Positions 38,429-47,249 of a DNA stretch of 64,000 nt are shown one piece after another. The DNA is taken from sequence record NC_061450.1. The stretch is one strand, 5' to 3'. The position numbers and the translations under genes are program-made. The notes beneath the pieces are model-generated. The model was given only the letters and a program-made list of their open reading frames with translations. It had not been told where the DNA came from and searched no databases. Positions within the stretch are counted from its first letter, which is position 1, and each line of letters opens with the position of its first letter.

Positions 38429-39304
38429 TTAGACTGCAATCACATCCTTTCGAATAAATTGCAGCGTCGGTTTAGTTCCTGGTGTGGCGGTATTATTCGT
38501 ACCTACGAGAAAATCATGTTGGTCGAATTTGAAGACACGACCAACATCTGGATGATACAGCAGAGCACAATTGAAGTTGACAGTTTCATCTGCCGCAGCA
38601 AGTTGCCCGTTGATGCATCCAAGCAATGTGTCGCTTATTGCATCAGACGTCCACAGTATTTGATTTGTACCAGAGGCATAACTCACGTTATACGGATAAC
38701 TCAGCCTGCCCCAAGTGGATTGCATATCAACATTTGGCCTGAGTTGCAGTGTTTGATAGGGCTTGCTCTCAGAACCAGAATTGGACACATAAGAACTCCA
38801 TCGTGCGTCACTATATCCTGTATAGAGATTAAATGAATATCCTATGTTCCACGAATATCCACCATACGAGCCTGCGTTATAGCTGTTGCGGTACTGCAAC
38901 AAACTCATTGAGACATTACGCTTAGTTGCGGTATACAATCGAGAAACTAGGATATCCTTTCGGCCCCAAGAAAGGTCATAGCTGGCAGTCACCAATTCAG
39001 AACTACTACCAAATGCCAGAGCAGTCTGCGCAACAGTGAAACTTTTAGCATACAGAATGGTGCTGCTTGTATCGGCGTATTTGAAATTCGTCAGCCAAAA
39101 CTTATCTGCTTTTTGGCCAACAACGCCGTTAATAAGTCCAACGCCAGCAAGACCACGAGTGAAGCCTGTAATGTCGATATAGTCATTCAGGCTTTTCATA
39201 GTGCTGAGATCATACTGACCCTTATCGAGGTCAGTATCAAAGAATGCCATCTCAGGTATCTTGGTCTGCTGTGCTAAGTACCAATTGCCCATAATAAGCT
39301 GCAT
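38429..39304 (-). CDS. Putative tail/virion protein, paralog of 37446..38330
   Basis: 291 aa; EMAFFDTDLD and PGTKPTLQF motifs. Confidence 0.5.
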   Translation of the reverse strand: MQLIMGNWYLAQQTKIPEMAFFDTDLDKGQYDLSTMKSLNDYIDITGFTRGLAGVGLINGVVGQKADKFWLTNFKYADTSSTILYAKSFTVAQTALAFGSSSELVTASYDLSWGRKDILVSRLYTATKRNVSMSLLQYRNSYNAGSYGGYSWNIGYSFNLYTGYSDARWSSYVSNSGSESKPYQTLQLRPNVDMQSTWGRLSYPYNVSYASGTNQILWTSDAISDTLLGCINGQLAAADETVNFNCALLYHPDVGRVFKFDQHDFLVGTNNTATPGTKPTLQFIRKDVIAV

Positions 39305-39350
39305 GGCATTTTCCCCAGCATTGGTTCAATGTTGAACCCACTCAACTGCT

Positions 39351-39716
39351 TTATGCGATTACTTCGATGCGATGATCAAGGCTGGACCACACGCGCTCAC
39401 GAATAGCACGAGGCATGATGATGCAGCCGCTAGACGCTGTTCCTGGGTTACGCAGTGAGTCGCCATGCATCTGGAATGCTGAACGACCAAACATGGAGTT
39501 TGAACTGTCTGGCTGTAAGTCCATTGCATACGGACCTGTCTTCAAACTTTGATGAGGAGGGTTGATTGTGTAGCAGCCGACAGGGATAGGACCCATGCCT
39601 ACAACACCCTGAGCCTCATGCTTGTTCTTGTATTCGCCTTTACCAGAGTAGCCCTTTGCAACAACGTTGCCTTGACCATCGCGGAGTTCACCAGTTGTCT
39701 GTTTGTATTGCCACAT
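39351..39716 (-). CDS. Tlde1/DUF2778-like L,D-transpeptidase-fold protein
   Basis: Likely start MWQYKQTTGEL (GAGG RBS); GYSG, GPIPVG, HGDSLRNPGTASSGCI catalytic His/Cys motif; 121 aa. Confidence 0.8.
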   Translation of the reverse strand: MWQYKQTTGELRDGQGNVVAKGYSGKGEYKNKHEAQGVVGMGPIPVGCYTINPPHQSLKTGPYAMDLQPDSSNSMFGRSAFQMHGDSLRNPGTASSGCIIMPRAIRERVWSSLDHRIEVIA

Positions 39717-39755
39717 AGTGTATAGTCCTCTTAGGAAAAACGTGGAGAAACGACA

Positions 39756-39775
39756 AAGCCCCAATTAAGGGGCTT
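39756..39775 (-). terminator. Stem-loop / probable terminator
   Basis: AAGCCCC-TTAATT-GGGGCTT right after the 39782 stop. Confidence 0.55.
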
Positions 39776-39781
39776 ATGGTA

Positions 39782-41710
39782 TTAAGCGGATGTTACACCA
39801 ATCTCACGAGCAACAGCCGCTGCTTCACGAGAAGTAATGCCATCTGATTTCAGGTCATCGGCACTCAAGGTAAAACTTTTGTGAGTGCTTGCGTTGATGA
39901 AGGTGATCTTGTTTGCGTACATTCTGTAATGCCACTGCTTTGTCAGGCCGCCTTTGATTTTGTCATGCACAAGACGATTTAACGCACTGCGCATGGGGCC
40001 ATCAACTTTGATTGCAGCTTTTGGACGAGCATAAGGAGCAGAAGTCGAACGGACGCGCACGGCTGGATCATTCTCTTTGACATAGCGGTCAGGGCGGACA
40101 ATCACAACGCCAGTCGGACCTGTCTTGACTTCCAGAAGACCAGGAATCTCAAAGCCATCATCAGTATCTTGAACGTCAAACTTTTTAGCCAAGGCATCGC
40201 GCATTTTTGCGATGTTATCATTGGATTTCATAACTTTGCCGCCTTTCGCATTGCGAATTAGACCCGCACTACGTTTGGCATTAAACTTGAATCCAACTTT
40301 AGCCAAGATACCAGGTAAGGCTTTGTCGATGGCTGCGGCAGTTGCCGCATCAGACTTTTTTGCAGCCACCTTTTTAGGCTTGAGTGTACCATTGGCACGC
40401 TTCTCACCAGCACGCTGTTTGGTAGGCTTGACAGTCGGGGCCTTGGCTTTACCTGTAAGACCCATCTTTTCCGCTACACGAATGCTGTTAGCAGCTTTCT
40501 TGGCAGCAGTTTTTGGACCAGTCATAGGATGAAGGCTCTTGCCTGTAAGTTGAGCGAACTTGGCATCAGGAGTGAAACGAGGCTTGAACTTACCGCGCTT
40601 GCCAGTAGCGCCGAAAGTATCAGTCTTGGCAGCGGCCAGTTTCTTGGCGCTTGCCAGGATATCAGTGCTGATAGGCAGAGTCAGGCCACCCAGACCATGG
40701 CTACGGGCAGATTTGTTGGCAGCACTCAGGGCAGCTTTAGCGCTTTTGTTCAAAGCACTTACCTGACCTTTGATGGTCTTGGCTTTAGCTTTGAGGGCAG
40801 TGCGGCGTTCTTTGGTAGAAGCAGTACCTACCTGTTTTAACACAGAGGCGTGACTGGCGACCAGACGCAGAGCTTTGGTACGATCTGATTTAGCACGTTT
40901 CAGATGGGTTTTGATCTCAGTCAGACCTGCACGAGCGCTGCTTGGCAGAACCATAGTGGCCTGACCGCTGACGCGCGCAAATGTATACTTGGCAGGTTTA
41001 GCAGCGGATTCGGATGAAACGTCATCGCCGCCCAGATTAATTGTAATGATAGACATGTTGTGAGTCCTGTTGTTGATTGGTCGGCGAGTGTATCGTCCTG
41101 ACGGCTGGGTTTCATCTGCAACGGCGTGACGACTCTCAAACAGTTCACGGAGCTGTTTGCCAATTGCCTCTTTGATCCGCAATTGGTGTTCTTCATCATT
41201 GTGTGCAGACGGGTCTTGGAAACTAACTTCAATCTCATTGCGCTGTGGGTTATACACAGCATAACGCAGAGGTGCAATGTCCTGAGTAGCCATCCAATCA
41301 GCCAAGATGCTGTCCAACAATGGACTAGGTTCAAGACCCAACTCGTTGAGACTAAACATCGCACTGGACAGAGGTGGTGGCCCACTCAAGCTGCGGAACT
41401 TGCCTGTACGCTGTGCGTCAACGATCTGCAACGCATGATACAACGTCTGGTATGTTCCATCGACTGCCATGATCTTGCTTGTGGCGCGATACTGATTTGA
41501 TGCCAAGCCGGTGCGTGTCAGTTTAATCTTGCTGACTAGATAGTCGCCGTCCTCATTAGCTGTGACGTAAGCGTAAATTGGATTGCGATCATCGCCAGCA
41601 ACTTGTTCGCACGCCAAGACACGGACAGGATATCCTGGTGTTGCGATAATGTTCTGTAGCTGCAAAGCATCAAGTGCTGGAGCAGAAACAGAGACGACGA
41701 TCTGGGTCAT
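39782..41710 (-). CDS. Putative virion protein; the single ORF appears to hold two genes (41710 start MTQIVVSVSA, internal 41056 start MSIITINLGGDDVSSESA; the second is Lys/Ala-rich)
   Basis: Both ATGs have an RBS (GGAG; CAGGA); both N-termini carry the SxSA motif. Confidence 0.55.
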   Translation of the reverse strand: MTQIVVSVSAPALDALQLQNIIATPGYPVRVLACEQVAGDDRNPIYAYVTANEDGDYLVSKIKLTRTGLASNQYRATSKIMAVDGTYQTLYHALQIVDAQRTGKFRSLSGPPPLSSAMFSLNELGLEPSPLLDSILADWMATQDIAPLRYAVYNPQRNEIEVSFQDPSAHNDEEHQLRIKEAIGKQLRELFESRHAVADETQPSGRYTRRPINNRTHNMSIITINLGGDDVSSESAAKPAKYTFARVSGQATMVLPSSARAGLTEIKTHLKRAKSDRTKALRLVASHASVLKQVGTASTKERRTALKAKAKTIKGQVSALNKSAKAALSAANKSARSHGLGGLTLPISTDILASAKKLAAAKTDTFGATGKRGKFKPRFTPDAKFAQLTGKSLHPMTGPKTAAKKAANSIRVAEKMGLTGKAKAPTVKPTKQRAGEKRANGTLKPKKVAAKKSDAATAAAIDKALPGILAKVGFKFNAKRSAGLIRNAKGGKVMKSNDNIAKMRDALAKKFDVQDTDDGFEIPGLLEVKTGPTGVVIVRPDRYVKENDPAVRVRSTSAPYARPKAAIKVDGPMRSALNRLVHDKIKGGLTKQWHYRMYANKITFINASTHKSFTLSADDLKSDGITSREAAAVAREIGVTSA

Positions 41711-41711
41711 G

Positions 41712-42284
41712 TTATGCTCCAACGTTTTTGGAGATATTGACTACGCGAGTAACCCAGCCCCAGAAGTTTTCTTCCTGAGACTTATCCGCATAGGCGAGGT
41801 TATACAGCTTGCCAATACGCAAACCGTTGTAGACATAGCTGAAAATTTTCATGCCCTCTTCGCCTCTGGCTTTCTGCAATGCGCCTAAAGCATTCAGTGT
41901 ACCAGGCCCGATAGCACCATCTTCGGCAATATCTTTCCACAGCTTTTGCTGGTTGTTCGAAGTGTTGAGCAAGCCCTGCAAGGCTCTAGCAGCAGCACCG
42001 GTACCAGAGTTCACACCGTAGTCAAATACCCATACGGCAAGACTTGGACTGTAGCGTTCAAGATCATCACAGCGACAACGATCCCAAAACGCTTTAGAGT
42101 AAATGGCGTATGCTTGATCATAGGTCATGTCGCGCATGTCGCCGGTGTATCCACACTCGCGAGCTTTTGCCTCGGTGATACCCCACTTTGTGGCTTTACC
42201 ACGATCATTGGCGCGGTTGGTATAAGTATCCCAACCTTCACGGCGCATAACTTCAATGATTGATTTTTCTTTGAATGCGGTCAT
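41712..42284 (-). CDS. Endolysin, glycoside hydrolase family 108 with C-terminal peptidoglycan-binding domain
   Basis: REGWDTYTNRANDRGKATKWGIT, FDYGVNSGTGAAARALQ, DGAIGPGTL, FWGWVTR; 190 aa. Confidence 0.88.
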   Translation of the reverse strand: MTAFKEKSIIEVMRREGWDTYTNRANDRGKATKWGITEAKARECGYTGDMRDMTYDQAYAIYSKAFWDRCRCDDLERYSPSLAVWVFDYGVNSGTGAAARALQGLLNTSNNQQKLWKDIAEDGAIGPGTLNALGALQKARGEEGMKIFSYVYNGLRIGKLYNLAYADKSQEENFWGWVTRVVNISKNVGA

Positions 42285-42327
42285 ATTTTTACCCTCCTAG
42301 CAGGTTGGTAAAAATTACTATCAAAAA

Positions 42328-42354
42328 CAAAAATGGGCGGCACAAGGCCACCCA
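42328..42354 (-). terminator. Rho-independent terminator
   Basis: TGGGTGGC-CTTGT-GCCGCCCA-TTTTT. Confidence 0.75.
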
Positions 42355-42452
42355 AGTCTATCTGCGACGATTACGCCACATAGTCACTGCAAGAGCTACT
42401 GAGGCAACAGCAAGCACAACACCGCTACCAAGCAATTCCGTTTGATAAGCTG

Positions 42453-42785
42453 CTAACGGATTATAAGCCACATTAAAACTCCATTGACTAGGCCAACGTC
42501 TATGACATAGACAGTCCTGAGTGTTGTGCTGGGATGCATCTGAGCAACTAACCACTCATAGACGTAGGCTGAGAGCAGAATAGCAGCGACAAAAACACTG
42601 ACGGCAGGAATGGTTAAGCTGCTAGGAACTTCCATTACGTCATTCACGAAAAAACTCACACACAAAGCGATAAACAGCAGTAACCAGAACTGATCACGAG
42701 CCTGCGTGATATTGCGATACATAATGCCGCACGCCAAGATCGAAAGTATCATGCACATGTCAAAGTCAGGAGACTGCACGGTCAT
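42453..42785 (-). CDS. Multi-pass membrane protein (holin candidate)
   Basis: 110 aa with 3-4 hydrophobic segments, just upstream of the endolysin; possible out-of-frame continuation to 42358. Confidence 0.5.
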   Translation of the reverse strand: MTVQSPDFDMCMILSILACGIMYRNITQARDQFWLLLFIALCVSFFVNDVMEVPSSLTIPAVSVFVAAILLSAYVYEWLVAQMHPSTTLRTVYVIDVGLVNGVLMWLIIR

Positions 42786-43501
42786 TTCTCAACTCCCTGA
42801 TTACCCACACGGGCATCAACAATGTTGTCTACCTTCTCAACGTTGCCTCGGATGTATCCCAGCTCAAACACCTGCACATCATGACGCAACACAGCTTCAC
42901 CAACTGTTTCACACTTGCCGCTTTTAATATCAAGGAAAGCAGCGCACAGGCGGCGAGTAACAGGCTGTGCCATGATCTTGACCAGACGATGTTTGTTGAT
43001 AGGACTCAGCTTGACAGGCAAGGCGTCAATCATCTTGTTAACGTCCGTCTTGCCCCCAGCATAAATCCACTGACAGATGGAACTGGTCACGGGCTTTTGA
43101 TGCGTCTTGGAAGGCAGGGTGTAGATGAACGTCATCAGGCTGTGCAGCAAACTGTTGGCGATAGCACGTCGTGTTATCTCTTCCAAGTAGCTGCCGATTG
43201 GCGTCATGCGGGCACGCACAGGAACTGCTTGGTCTAGGTCAGTATCAACATCCAGACCGTAGTTCTTTAGCACTCGGCGATTGCCAAACACAAACACGAT
43301 GTGATCAGTGAGATCCCGAATAGCAGCAGCGTTGCGGTCATACTCTTTGGTACCTACGATAAAGATATGTTTACGATAACGACCGTTGGGATCGAGATAG
43401 CCCGATTGTGGCAAGAAGGTAACTTTGTCTACCTTGTGCTCACGCAACAGCCATGCCCTGACCTGTTCAGGGCTTTTGTCAGTTACTGCAATGACTGGCA
43501 T
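42782..43501 (-). CDS. Hypothetical protein
   Basis: 239 aa in the SbcC operon, coupled start/stop. Confidence 0.65.
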   Translation of the reverse strand: MPVIAVTDKSPEQVRAWLLREHKVDKVTFLPQSGYLDPNGRYRKHIFIVGTKEYDRNAAAIRDLTDHIVFVFGNRRVLKNYGLDVDTDLDQAVPVRARMTPIGSYLEEITRRAIANSLLHSLMTFIYTLPSKTHQKPVTSSICQWIYAGGKTDVNKMIDALPVKLSPINKHRLVKIMAQPVTRRLCAAFLDIKSGKCETVGEAVLRHDVQVFELGYIRGNVEKVDNIVDARVGNQGVEK

Positions 43502-43792
43502 TTACTTATCCTTAAACGGGTTTTCTTCTGAGCTGATTACCAAGAGGCGTAGGCGCAATGCCGCTGCAATCTCTGGGTGAGCGTACAAACACGTATGAGT
43601 AATGCGAACGTCTTCGCGAGGAACAATGCTTGTACGTGGAACCTGTTCGCCCATGAGGTAGTATTTCAGACGCTGCCACACATTGGGCGTGATGGCAACT
43701 TCCTGAATCATGCGGAAGTCATCAACAACGCGATGGTATTTGTAAGGCAGCAGGTCCTGCTTAATCTCATCAAACGTTTTGTACACAATCAT
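43502..43792 (-). CDS. Hypothetical protein, paralog of 43789..44061
   Basis: 96 aa; YHRVVDD...WQRL...LYAHP. Confidence 0.6.
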   Translation of the reverse strand: MIVYKTFDEIKQDLLPYKYHRVVDDFRMIQEVAITPNVWQRLKYYLMGEQVPRTSIVPREDVRITHTCLYAHPEIAAALRLRLLVISSEENPFKDK

Positions 43793-44061
43793 TTACAGCC
43801 TCTCTTCCTCGATTCTTCTAATTGTTTTCGATAGCGTGGATGAATGTGCAGGGTGTCTCCCTCTACCCATACTTGCCGAGCAGGTCGAGTCTTGGTCTTG
43901 TACTCCGTCTTGGATGAACCAAACAGTCTTCGCAGCCAAGACACATCACATTCCACACGAGTGGTGGTGATCACCTTGTCGTCATACACAACATGGTACT
44001 GACGGAAGATTTCGGGATGATGCAATACAAGTTCTAGGGAATACACCGAGCACGTTTTCAT
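43789..44061 (-). CDS. Hypothetical protein, paralog of 43502..43792
   Basis: 90 aa; YHVVYDD...WLRRL...LHIHP. Confidence 0.6.
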   Translation of the reverse strand: MKTCSVYSLELVLHHPEIFRQYHVVYDDKVITTTRVECDVSWLRRLFGSSKTEYKTKTRPARQVWVEGDTLHIHPRYRKQLEESRKRGCK

Positions 44062-46364
44062 ACGCTTACCTTGTCCAGAGTAGATATGCCTTTCTCTTTT
44101 GTCACTGTCCAGCGATTCTCAGAGAAGCCATCATCAAGAGGAGTTATCCAGAAGATGTTTGGCACAATCTGTTTCAGAATCGGAAGGAAGTTCTCGCGCA
44201 TGTGATCAATAACGCTTTCACTGCAATGAGACTCAGGCTCATCCAACACAATAAAGTTGGTACGACGTGACTGAGGAATGAAAGGCATGATGGCGATTGC
44301 ATACAACAGGCGGAAGCAGTTGCTTTCAGCACCGCTCATGATACTAATGTCCGTTGTTTGGTTAGCAGTAGCGCGAGTCACAAGCGCAGACACACCTTGC
44401 TTGCTGGTGGTCAAAGTAAAACGCATGGGTTCAGGAAACACCAATGGGCTGTACTCATTGAGCTTGTTCTCGATCTGCTTCAATCGACCTTCAACTGCTT
44501 TGAGTTTCAGGCTGGTATTGCTATAGCCCTTATACAGGATTTCAAACAGCTTGCGCTTCTCTATCAGAGGAAGAAGTTTCTCCAGCTTGTCATTCAGGCT
44601 GTCCAGAGTTTCCTGGTGATGATCAAACTCCTGCAATTTGCTTTTCAGCGCTTGCACCTTAGTCTCACGTTCAGCAATGTCCGTTGTGAGTTCCTTGATA
44701 GCCGTGTCGGCAGCGGCATACTGTTTATCAATCGATTTAAAACTTGTCTCAGGACGTTTGAATGCCTTGAGTGTTTGTTCCAGAGCCATCAGTGTTTCAA
44801 GATCTTTGATACGCTGCTTGACTTCATTGCGCTTGCCCTTTGGCTTCTTAACCTTTTTAGGACGACGCAGTGATTCGAGTTTGGTAGTCAGCTTGTCATA
44901 CAACTTGGCCTGTTCAAAATCCTGCTCAAGCTGTTCAATCTTGGCCTGCACGGCAGTCAACTTTTTCTTCAACTGCTTTTTACTGTGCTTGGGCTTCTTA
45001 ACTGGTTTCTTTTTCAGGGCATCGAGTTCATCCCTGAGCATGTAGAAATAGATCGCATCGTCACAATCCTGTTCCGTTTTCTCCGCGCGGTCAGCAGCAC
45101 GTTTCATGCTCTTAATGTCAACATCCTGACTACAGGTAGGACACGTTGTGCCATTGATGTGTTGATGGAGACGGTCATAAGCCTTTCTTACTGCTCGGGC
45201 TTCTGCTCTTTCTTCCTGAGCTTCTTCCGGAGTTCGTTTAGGACTTTTGAGGTCAGAGAGGGTGTCTTCCAACTCGTGGATTCTTCCTCTGTAGGCGTCG
45301 TAGGCTTCTCCTTGCTCATCAAGGTCTTCCAAGTCTTGTTCGATCTGTTCTTCTTCCTTGACGAGTGCTGAGTGGCGCTTGGCCAACTTCTTGGTGTCCA
45401 CACTCTCAGACAGACCTAACTTTTCGATTCGTGACTCAAGCTCCTTGCGAGTCTCATCATATTCGTCCAGCTCTTCCAAGTATTCTTTATAGTTGGCAAA
45501 TAGCTGGAGTTCTGCACGCAGCAGTTTAAGTTCGGCCTTTGCGTCAGTGCTGGTTACGCCAAGCTGTTCAATCTTGGCCAGCGTCGCCTCATACTGCTTG
45601 GCATTGTTGCGTACCGTACTCAGTTCAACAAAACTTTCATACAGTTCATTGCGCTGCTCTTTGAGTTGATCACACATGGCGATCATCTTTTTAAGACGCT
45701 TGCGATCTTTATCGCGGATCTTGATGGCGTTCTGCTTTCGCTGAGTAATGTCCAGCATGTCAGCCAGACCTTTTGATTCGGTCTCTGCATCACGGGCAGC
45801 TTCCAGCTTTTCTTTCAGCTTGGCACGAATGCGGTCATACACATCAAGATTGAAGATGTTGGTCAGGTACTGGAGACGCTCACTTGGTGTTGCACGCTGA
45901 AACGGATGAGGTATCTGCGTTGTGATATAGGCATACGAATAAAACTCTTCCCGGTTAAGAGGAAAGTGTTTTGAAATCCAACCACGAGCTACGTCCTGAC
46001 GATCGACCTTTTGATCTTCACCGTCATGCGTAACTTGATATTTCTTTGCTGTCTGGACAACGGTAATGTCCTTGCCATCAGGTGCGCCCCAAGTAAGTTC
46101 AATCTCACTTTCCTTGTTGCCCAGCATGTTGGTCTTTGATTTCTTGGACATTGCCAAGGGGTCTGCTTCATACAACAGGTTTGGAATAGAACCAAACATC
46201 AAACTCTTGCCAACACCGTTACGGTTGTCTTTGAGATTCAGACTGTCCTTGTTCAGGCCACTGATTGTTACAAACCCTTCATTATCGAGGTCTTTAAGAT
46301 CAAGCTCCTCGTAGACGCCTACTTTTTTGAGACGTATAGACTTGAGGCGTATGCCGTGCTGCAT
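44058..46364 (-). CDS. SbcC/Rad50-like ATPase (T4 gp46-like)
   Basis: NGVGKS Walker A, YITTQ Q-loop, CPTC zinc hook within a coiled coil, MSGAE signature, IVLDEPE Walker B; 768 aa. Confidence 0.92.
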   Translation of the reverse strand: MQHGIRLKSIRLKKVGVYEELDLKDLDNEGFVTISGLNKDSLNLKDNRNGVGKSLMFGSIPNLLYEADPLAMSKKSKTNMLGNKESEIELTWGAPDGKDITVVQTAKKYQVTHDGEDQKVDRQDVARGWISKHFPLNREEFYSYAYITTQIPHPFQRATPSERLQYLTNIFNLDVYDRIRAKLKEKLEAARDAETESKGLADMLDITQRKQNAIKIRDKDRKRLKKMIAMCDQLKEQRNELYESFVELSTVRNNAKQYEATLAKIEQLGVTSTDAKAELKLLRAELQLFANYKEYLEELDEYDETRKELESRIEKLGLSESVDTKKLAKRHSALVKEEEQIEQDLEDLDEQGEAYDAYRGRIHELEDTLSDLKSPKRTPEEAQEERAEARAVRKAYDRLHQHINGTTCPTCSQDVDIKSMKRAADRAEKTEQDCDDAIYFYMLRDELDALKKKPVKKPKHSKKQLKKKLTAVQAKIEQLEQDFEQAKLYDKLTTKLESLRRPKKVKKPKGKRNEVKQRIKDLETLMALEQTLKAFKRPETSFKSIDKQYAAADTAIKELTTDIAERETKVQALKSKLQEFDHHQETLDSLNDKLEKLLPLIEKRKLFEILYKGYSNTSLKLKAVEGRLKQIENKLNEYSPLVFPEPMRFTLTTSKQGVSALVTRATANQTTDISIMSGAESNCFRLLYAIAIMPFIPQSRRTNFIVLDEPESHCSESVIDHMRENFLPILKQIVPNIFWITPLDDGFSENRWTVTKEKGISTLDKVSV

Positions 46365-46552
46365 CAATCTTTCTCTACAACTTCATCAACATGTAGGCCT
46401 TCCACACCATTTTGTTTGGCAAGCTGGTCCAGTTCTCTTTCCGTGAACTCTCGTGTACCCTGAGCGACAACTACGATCTCATCGTTGCCATCGATATCAT
46501 GGGTTGACTTGCGGTAGTACGCGCGATGAATAATCACATGATGTTTTGGCAT
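46364..46552 (-). CDS. Hypothetical protein
   Basis: Likely start MPKHHVII at 46552; 62 aa; coupled to SbcC. Confidence 0.5.
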   Translation of the reverse strand: MPKHHVIIHRAYYRKSTHDIDGNDEIVVVAQGTREFTERELDQLAKQNGVEGLHVDEVVEKD

Positions 46553-46554
46553 AG

Positions 46555-46749
46555 TCAGGACCAGATGGTTGTTGGTTGAACCCAAACGTTTGCGCCGTAG
46601 CGTGCCTGATACTCTTGCAGAGTCTGTTCGGTCACTGGAGCAAATGTCTCTTTGATAACTTCAAGTTCTGACACAGGCTCATTGGTGTATGGGTCAATGT
46701 CCTGGACATAACGACAAATCTGGAATGCTGGGTGCGGTTTAAAGTGCAT
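46555..46749 (-). CDS. Hypothetical protein
   Basis: 64 aa; first gene after a CTGTAAATA motif. Confidence 0.55.
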   Translation of the reverse strand: MHFKPHPAFQICRYVQDIDPYTNEPVSELEVIKETFAPVTEQTLQEYQARYGANVWVQPTTIWS

Positions 46750-46784
46750 AATCGAACCTGTAATTGTGTTTTATCTATACCCAA

Positions 46785-46793
46785 TATTTACAG
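46785..46793 (-). promoter_or_regulatory. Putative phage promoter motif CTGTAAATA
   Basis: Intergenic, after a terminator, 36 nt upstream of the start at 46749 (SbcC operon). Confidence 0.65.
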
Positions 46794-46811
46794 AATTTTC
46801 TCACACAACGC

Positions 46812-46839
46812 AAAAAGGACCACCAAGAGGCAGTCCTTT
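46812..46839 (-). terminator. Rho-independent terminator
   Basis: GGACTGCC-TCTT-GGTGGTCC-TTTTT. Confidence 0.8.
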
Positions 46840-46841
46840 GT

Positions 46842-47249
46842 CTAGCGTGTCCACAGGTGTCCTGGGAAGATCAAGTCAATGCGCCAACCACACAAGTTAG
46901 ACCCATCGGACAGATACTCGTTAACACCGCGTCCCATATTAGGGTCCATGACAACATAGTATTCATCACGGTGATCAATGACCAGTTGATGCATTCCACC
47001 AGCGTTGTTTAGACTTGGCACACTGCAAAGGTACACGTTACCCTGATACAAGGTGTTTCGTCCTGGTTTGGCATACTCGTAGGGAAAGTTTAGATCATCC
47101 AGAATATCATCAAACCAAAAGTCTAAACTGTAGAGCTTGTCGTGATACAGAGCAATGCTCTCATCAGTAGTAATGTCCAACAACATCGCCAAGCTGGTGG
47201 CCATACAGGATGTAGGCGTAGGCTGCTGTCTCAGGCGGAGTTGTCTCAT
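46842..47249 (-). CDS. Peptidase C39-like (papain-fold) protein
   Basis: QQPTPTSCMATSLAMLL (Q...C), GMHQLVI (H), VMDPN (D); 135 aa. Confidence 0.75.
   Translation of the reverse strand: MRQLRLRQQPTPTSCMATSLAMLLDITTDESIALYHDKLYSLDFWFDDILDDLNFPYEYAKPGRNTLYQGNVYLCSVPSLNNAGGMHQLVIDHRDEYYVVMDPNMGRGVNEYLSDGSNLCGWRIDLIFPGHLWTR

Noticed and set aside
37443-43798. CTGTAAAT near-matches at 37443-37451, 43790-43798 (and 8872-8878) as promoters
   Set aside because: They coincide with CTG-TAA or TGT-AAA-TGA gene ends and start codons, so coding constraints explain them.
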